From: the human T2T-CHM13v2.0 reference genome, Homo sapiens
Strand: one strand, 5' to 3'
DNA length: 64,000 nucleotides
NCBI RefSeq assembly: GCF_009914755.1
Contig: NC_060927.1
Numbering within the stretch: the stretch's first letter is position 1; every line of letters begins with the position of its first letter. A program made the position numbers and the translations under genes. Under the pieces are notes generated by a model. It searched no databases and was not told where the DNA came from. It was given only the letters and a program-made list of their open reading frames with translations. This document shows positions 56,325 through 64,000 of the stretch, one piece after another.

Positions 56325-57192
56325 ATGCATTAAGAAATCTCCACAGCTAAAATCTTTTTAAGTCTGCTGGATGATCTCCCCACCTCCATTCCAAATTCCT
56401 GGATGGTGCACTTGTCACGCAAGAAACTGAAACAATTATATGTGATATGTAATTAAGCATCTATACTTGCAGTGAGTGATAGATTTACCTTCCTTTCCCC
56501 CCTTTTTATTAGACGCAGCCCAGAGATAAAACCTTCAAGTTATGAGTAATTATACCCTGCTGAGAAAAGTGATAGAGTGCTACACTCAGAAGGACTTACG
56601 AAGCCCTGAAAATGTGGAGTCAACACTTAAGACTTTTTTTTTTTATTATTATTTTCCCCAACACTAACAGTTTCCCAGCTTGTTCCCAGAGGGAGATAAA
56701 CAAACAGTGTGTATCTGCATTTTAATGGGAATAAACAGGACTGGCCTATTCACTTTTTTACAACACTGGCTTCATATTTCCAAACCAGTGGGATACAGTA
56801 AAAAGTGTATGCATCATAGACAGTGGAAAGCTACAAGGAAGGTAATATTTTCTATTATTATATATGTAATTTTGGAATAAATGGGATCATAACATTTTGT
56901 TAACAAGCCTTCTTAGCCACCTAGAATCCTCTTTCAGTTGGTGCTAGACAATGGAGAATTACCCTTAGATGCCTTCTGAGGCCTTGGTAAGTCAGATGCC
57001 CTCCCATCTTGGGCATCTTTGGTGGAGAAAAACACAAGAACAAAGAACCACTGGTCTTCCTAGAGTTCACGTCTATTCCAGCTTCAACATGTGCTACTCT
57101 GAAACCTTATTTAAGGGTGGAACAAAATAGTTGAATTTGTGAGGCTGTGTCAAATTTAGTTTTCTAAGACTCATGGTTTTATGCCAGGCTCA

Positions 57193-57456
<264 letters not shown>

Positions 57457-58857
57457 CTATCCTCCATACACAGAAACTGTTTTGATTGGCTTGGGGTGAG
57501 GGTCAGGAATCTGCATTTTAATAAGAACGCAACATAAGAGATACTGATGAAGTGGTCCAAGGGGCAAACATTGAGACATCACCCTAAGGGATCTACAGGT
57601 GGGTTTTAGGAAGCCCGTGAATGCCAGATACTGAATGATATTGTGTGAGTTTTTAGGACTGCACATTTTTGAGGGGATTCCCAAATGACTCTGCAGCCCA
57701 GGAAGGTTAAGAACCTTTCAGGGCATGAGACAGTTTAGGGCTGAGGATTCCAGTCAACTTTTGGATCCCAGCCAGCTTCACTGAATCCCAGGACAATTCA
57801 GCAGCTTGGTTTAGGAAATGGAAGTAATTTCCTTGGCCCATCTAGTTTCCGGGTTTAGCTCTTCTGTCTTGAATCAGGTTTTTGTGCCATTCCATTTTCT
57901 CAACATTCCTGCATGGTATTCCTGCAATTAGCCAATGACTTATTTCAGGAACCTAATGGGGCTTCTAAAGCAAGATTTTCTAAATTATAATAGTTTTTTT
58001 TGATTAGTGAATAATAAATGTTAAAAATGTACAAATCATATCTCTGAATTCTTTTCATCCATATCCAAGCATCAGATTTAACTCTTTCATCACTTAGATA
58101 AACATGACTAACTTGAAGTGTGATCTCCAGTAAATTACTTAGTAGCCACAGGCCTTAGCTTCTCCATCTGCATACTAGGAACACAAATATCTGTCTGAAT
58201 TTCTGAATTACTGAGGGAAAAAAAAGAGATAACAAACATAACCTAACCTAATAATCATTTAAAATATTCTATTACAGCAATGTATTATTCTTGTAACTAA
58301 AACATTTGTGTGACTTCTGTGGCTTCATGATTGTTAAATTCATGGGAACAGATGTCATTGTATTGGATATTAATACAACAATTCATGAGCCAAACAAGGG
58401 CTTAGACAAGGGCTTTCTGATTGTTCCGATCAGTGAGAGGTAGCTTGAGAAGCACCTCTTGCTGCAGTGATGATGCAGGAGTAAACATAAGAATTGGAAG
58501 GAAATGGAACAAGAGCAGATGTATGAGGAAATGCCAGACACCAGTTCTAAATCCTAGAGCTCCATCTACTTCTTATTCTTTAATCACTTGCTTCCCTGCC
58601 CAGCCATCCTCACCAATATTGGCATTCCATTACTCTCTCAATTTCTCTGTCTTCTTTAGTAAACCTTTGTCTCTTTCGTTTTTCTTCTCTCTGCCTGAGT
58701 CTTTGCCTCTTTCAGTCTCACTCATTTTCCCTGTATCTCCCAATACACTGGTGGGAATGAGATTAGAGAGAATAAGTTGGAAGATGTGAAGGCATATGAA
58801 AACATTATTAATAAGTGACACCTGGAAAGATGGAAAATTAAAGAAAAGTATTAGGTG

Positions 58858-58875
58858 ATGAGTCAGCAAAGATAG
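58858..58875 (+). promoter_or_regulatory. Candidate NF-E2/BACH/MAF (ARE-like) site next to a GATA site
   Basis: ATGAGTCAGCA (58858-58868) fits RTGASTCAGCA; AGATAG follows immediately. Confidence 0.25.
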
Positions 58876-60397
58876 AAAAATGGTCAAGTTTCTGCCCTAC
58901 TCCAAATCATTTCTGTTACAACCTTGTCAATGGTTAGTGCTGTGCTACTCCATGTTTCCAGTGGTTTTTCTTTTGAAGCAATTAGGTTATTGGAATAGAT
59001 GATATCTAAGGACCTTTTCAGCTCTGAAAGCCTGGCTAATGATCAGGGAGCTATTCATGACAAAGACTAAATTTCCACTCTAATTTCCTCTACCTGGTAA
59101 ATGTAATTGGATTACATTGGTACCAGAGGTGCTTCAACCACCACTTAATTAGACAATTTTATAGTGCTTTGCCAACAACTGCACTGTAATAGAACAACTC
59201 CACGGTAGATGAATAGTTTCCTGTACAATTACAAATGAGGATGAGGGCGATGTTATTATTCTTTACTTTTCTAATGCTTTATTATTTATAAAGCACATTC
59301 ATATACATAAACTTACTATGTCCTCCCTAAAATCATGAGTTAAAGGTTTTACAAATTTACATTTTATAAATGAGACTGCTATGCTTGCAATTATTTGATT
59401 TGTTCAAGGTTAAACAGGGATAGTAAGGCGTCTTTTATCATACAAAAAGGTAAATCAATGCCTGATTGTCCAACTTCTCCTCTGGTGTTAGGGAAACTGG
59501 AGGACTTGAGCTCATTCAGGCAGGATCTTCTTCAAAGTTCCCATCTATGGAGTTATTTGTCATAATAGACATGACTGACAAGCCTTGGAATCATTAATTC
59601 CTGGTAGAGAAGTTCAAAAAAGCATTTGTTTTTGAAAAGCAGGATACCATTTGTCTTGTCATGTAAAGATTTTTCAAAGGTAAATGAAATGCTCCCCATC
59701 TGAAAGACTTGGTGAGCCTTGTAAAAACAGCAACAACAACAAAAAAAGTATATTTACAAACAAACAAAAAAAACAACGCTTGCAGTAAGCCAGACATTGT
59801 GCTAGACAATGACTGATCTCGTTTTGCAACACATGCTTCATTTTGGTATTGAAACAAGCTCAAATTCATATTAAAAACAGAAGCTGGAGAAGACCAGAAA
59901 TCCTGGCCACCAAAATGTAGGAAAATACATCTAGTATTTCCCACCCTTCCACCCATACTATGTAACTAAATAAAACATTACAGTGAAATGAAGACTACAA
60001 TGCCAGGAAAGTTAAACATGAAAACACCAGCTAAAACAACAAAATAATAAGTCCAGTGCTTTTTATGAATTAAACACCACATCATCACCAGCTCTACAGT
60101 CATCATCCCTTTGCTGACCCTAGTTCAGTCACACATCCACTTTAGTTGTGCACAGTGTTTGCTAAGTCATGATGAGTTTCAGACAGAAAACGGAAAGCCA
60201 GTTGCAGTCAGGGTGCAATTGGAACTGACCATTCTAAAGCTTACCAGTTAACGCAATCCGACTCCTATAGGAGAGAAATCAGGGTTAAAAGCACATCACA
60301 TTAGGAGGAGGTGGCAAAGGTGAGAGAGGTAAGGGGTGATGGCCATTAGAAGATGAATGCCAGATTTTTCCATGTAAACTAGTATATAGGAAGCTGA

Positions 60398-60887
<490 letters not shown>

Positions 60888-61149
60888 GGGGGATTCCTAA
60901 ATAGCCCACTACGCCTCCTATCCTTCCCAATTCCTGCCTAATGCTCAGCTAAATCATTGATCGAGATTGAGGTTTGGTATGATACAAAGAGGGGCTTATT
61001 AAGATGATCAGAGACAATCATAGGTCTTGACATTAAAGTAGATTTGAAAAAACAAAGTAGATTTGGGGAAATCATTAAACTAGATTTGGGAGAATATACA
61101 CTTCCATGCTGGTCCTTGACCTATTATTCTAAAAGTTATTCTTCATTCT

Positions 61150-61546
61150 TTCCCTTCTTTTCTGAATCACTGTGCAGCAGACTGGTACAGGCTGTATTTC
61201 CCAGGATCCCCTGCCAACTGGGTTCATTCAGCGAGATGTGCTAACAGAAAACTAGAGTATGAGGGCAGGGAGTAGGCACTGTATTGATCTCCCTTTTCCT
61301 CTGCCTTGGTCATAGTCTTTGGAGATGGCTATATTTCCTCTAGAGATCAATCCCTTGACTCCAGTAACCCCAATTCCCCTCCTTTGTCTCTCCAGTTGAT
61401 GCTAGTCACTGGGTTACTCACTGCCCTCTAATTGGCTTTTCAAAATTTCATCACTTCTGTGTTACAAATATTTGAATTGAATGTTCTTTATTTTAAAACT
61501 GAGTGATTTCTGACTCCTGTTTCCTGAGTGTGTCTTCACCAATACA
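61150..61546 (+). mobile_element. ERVL solo LTR, LTR33-like
   Basis: tttcccaggatcccctgccaactgg..gactccagtaacccc..ctgtttcctg..caccaataca terminus. Confidence 0.65.
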
Positions 61547-61951
61547 ACCATCTTTTTTTCAGGCTTTCTATTATTAAAAGCAATTTTAATATTTCTGATT
61601 AAATAAATTTTCTCATATCAGTATTAATATACCACAAATATAATTAAACAGCCAATATATACAATTCAACTATCTCACCTAAACAGTTTCTAAATTTCTC
61701 CTAAATTGGTATGACAATAAACCAACATCAGTTTGTAATGTACCACAACTAATATTGTCTAAACTATGAACAAGAAGCAAAATAAATTGACAGAAGGAAA
61801 GTTGAAATAGCACATACTTAGTCAGTTTTGGTAAAGATGGAAGCCCAAAAGTAAATGAATATATTTTTAAAAAACTGTTCTAGGATAAAAGTCTTTTAGA
61901 AAAAAAAATGAAAAAAAAAAAAACATTTAAAGGAAAAGTCTCTTCATAAAG

Positions 61952-62147
61952 CAGTGTTTTGCAAAGATTTTTTCATAGATCGATTATGTTGGAATCACCC
62001 AGGTTCTTACTAACAATATTAGATTGTTCCTAGTCCCTACCCTAGATTGACTAAATTAGAATCTTTGGTGTGTTGGATCCAAGAATCTATTTTTAAAATA
62101 AGCATACTTAGCGATGTTTATATGTATTAAGTGATGAGATTCATTGC
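61952..62147. mobile_element. MER5B-like DNA transposon
   Basis: cagtgttttgcaaag..gaatcacccagg..actaaattagaatct..ccaagaatctatttttaaa. Confidence 0.7.
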
Positions 62148-63321
62148 CCTAAAAATGAAAATAGAATACTATTTATTGGTCACTATAAATCATTGAGCTA
62201 GTAATTGTTTGATAGTTAGTGCAAAGTCCACGTTTCAGAAATTTAAACACTTTTTTTGCATAGAGACTGAGCCATAAGGGTCAGTGCCCTTCACCTCATC
62301 TTCTCATTGATCATCCGAGGACTTTCAGGAATATTCAGCTAAATTTTTATATGCGGAGGTCTTTAGCTAAATTCTGATATAATTTTGACTAAGATTACTA
62401 GTAAGTACTCAAGGGGACAGATTTTAATCCTCATTTAGAGTGATGTTAGGCTTCATTTCATTATAGCAACTAGAATAATTCCTGGCTCTAAGTCTTCTGT
62501 AAATATTTGATGATAAGATTAATTATTTTATTCATCTCTTTATTCACAGAACCTAATACAGTGTCCAACTATCAATATATATTTTTTGACAACAATTGAT
62601 GAGAATTCTACTAAACTCACTCATGTCATGCGAATTGACCAGTGGGTAGAAACATTTGAGAATCCTATCTCAAGTAGATCATAACTAGTAATAGTATTGA
62701 TTTTATTTCTCCCCGATATACTATCTAAGCTATAATGTTCATTATTCAGGGATTTTTATTTGAGCTATTCATTGCCAGGATAAAACTTCAATTTTATATG
62801 AAAACTGTAGGGAAAAAGAGGTCAGAGAAATAATTTAGATTAAAAAAAGTAGCAGAAATTTTTTCCTCCTAGAGACCTGCCTTATCACGTGTAGTCAAAA
62901 TATAAAGCTAGTTCCTGTTATGGGTAAAATTTTAAAGTGCTGAAGTGTATCAGTCTCACTTTGCTCCCCATTATTTCATTCATTGTACTTTCTGGGGCCC
63001 TTTCCTTTGGGTTACCCTCCCACCAGGCACTCCTTCATTCAGGATCTCACATCCTTCTTGGGCTCCCACTCCTTTATGCCTGCTTCTGCAGAACAACTCC
63101 TGAGAGCATCCATTAACTGGGTTTTTCATTGCTATGTCTCTCATTCGTTATTCTCTTCATCTTGAGCCCAAACTGTCTGCACCTCCCAAAAGGTCCATTA
63201 AATGAAAGGGCAGACTAGAAGCCATTCAGTGATTCTCTTCCAAATAACAAGTACTTTGTATCAGCAGTCTCTGATAAAATGGGGGTCCCCTGGTGAGGCC
63301 TAAAACAAAAGTATCCCACTC

Positions 63322-63323
<2 letters not shown>

Positions 63324-63368
<45 letters not shown>

Positions 63369-63379
63369 CTCTCTCTCTC
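63324..63379. repeat. (CA)n(CT)n compound microsatellite
   Basis: About 20 CA units followed by about 7 CT units. Confidence 0.95.
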
Positions 63380-64000
63380 ACTCACTTTGTCTAGGTTCTG
63401 TCACCCACTCCCTGTTGTAACCTTTCTCTGTCCTCTCTTTCCAGAATAAGTTTAGGAGAGAGACAAGAACTGCATGAGTGCAGACTATAGGTCTGAAATT
63501 TATAACTTTGTCCTTGTCACTTCTCCTTCCAAACGTCTCACCTCCAAAACTCAGATGGAGCCAGCTGCTTCAAGATGCAGACAACATCATCTTTTTTTTT
63601 AAACTATAGTGCAGGCAATCATGGTTTACAAACTAGTTTGAAGTATACAAACTCACCTTACTCAGCTAGATCGGATAAGTTACAACTCTACAGACTCAGC
63701 ATATTAAGTTAAAAATTGCTTAAAGCACTGTGCCAACTCTTCAATGTCTTTCTTATTTCACTTTCTAGGCAGGGCAGCAGATTTTTTCTCAGTCATTTTG
63801 AATTGCTCTATTTTCTTGTCATTATAATCTTAATTCTTCTATTTCAGTATCAAGCCATCTATTTCAAATTATTCTTAATAATGAGAATCTCTGGTTCTGC
63901 AGAAGAACACTGGGAAACTGACAGTCAGGGATCCGTATTTTTATTTTACAGATGTCTTTTCTGGGCATCTACTGAGCACTGGTATGAGATCCGATCCTTG

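Noticed and set aside
63421-63496. Strong pyrimidine tract and cag acceptor at ~63444
   Set aside because: Only a weak donor (gtctga) follows, and the tract adjoins CT-rich simple sequence.

Overview
AT-rich primate genomic DNA. AluY and a young L1PA 3' end point to human or another ape. There is no CpG island and no long genuine ORF: the supplied ORFs are chance frames or read through Alu, L1 or microsatellite sequence. Much of the window is recognisable interspersed repeat (Alu J/S/Y, L1PA/L1PB/L1MA/L1M, L2, L3/CR1, MIR, MLT1/MLT2/MST/LTR16/LTR33 solo LTRs, MER3/MER5/MER63, MADE1). Family calls are made by eye from remembered consensus sequences, so subfamilies and the boundaries of old elements are approximate. 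The only gene-like signal is at the left edge: a candidate 39-nt exon (4-42, YIPQDKIQNMISK) and a candidate terminal exon (2044-~2120, AQAG-stop plus AATAAA). This may be the 3' end of an unidentified + strand gene, with the rest being intergenic or intronic. The structure not explained by repeats consists of two short dispersed duplications (76 bp and ~135 bp), an 83-bp tandem duplication, a MADE1 hairpin beside an (ATCCAAA(TA)n) VNTR, and a CTCF-like site with its upstream module. I found no evidence for a novel multi-gene system.
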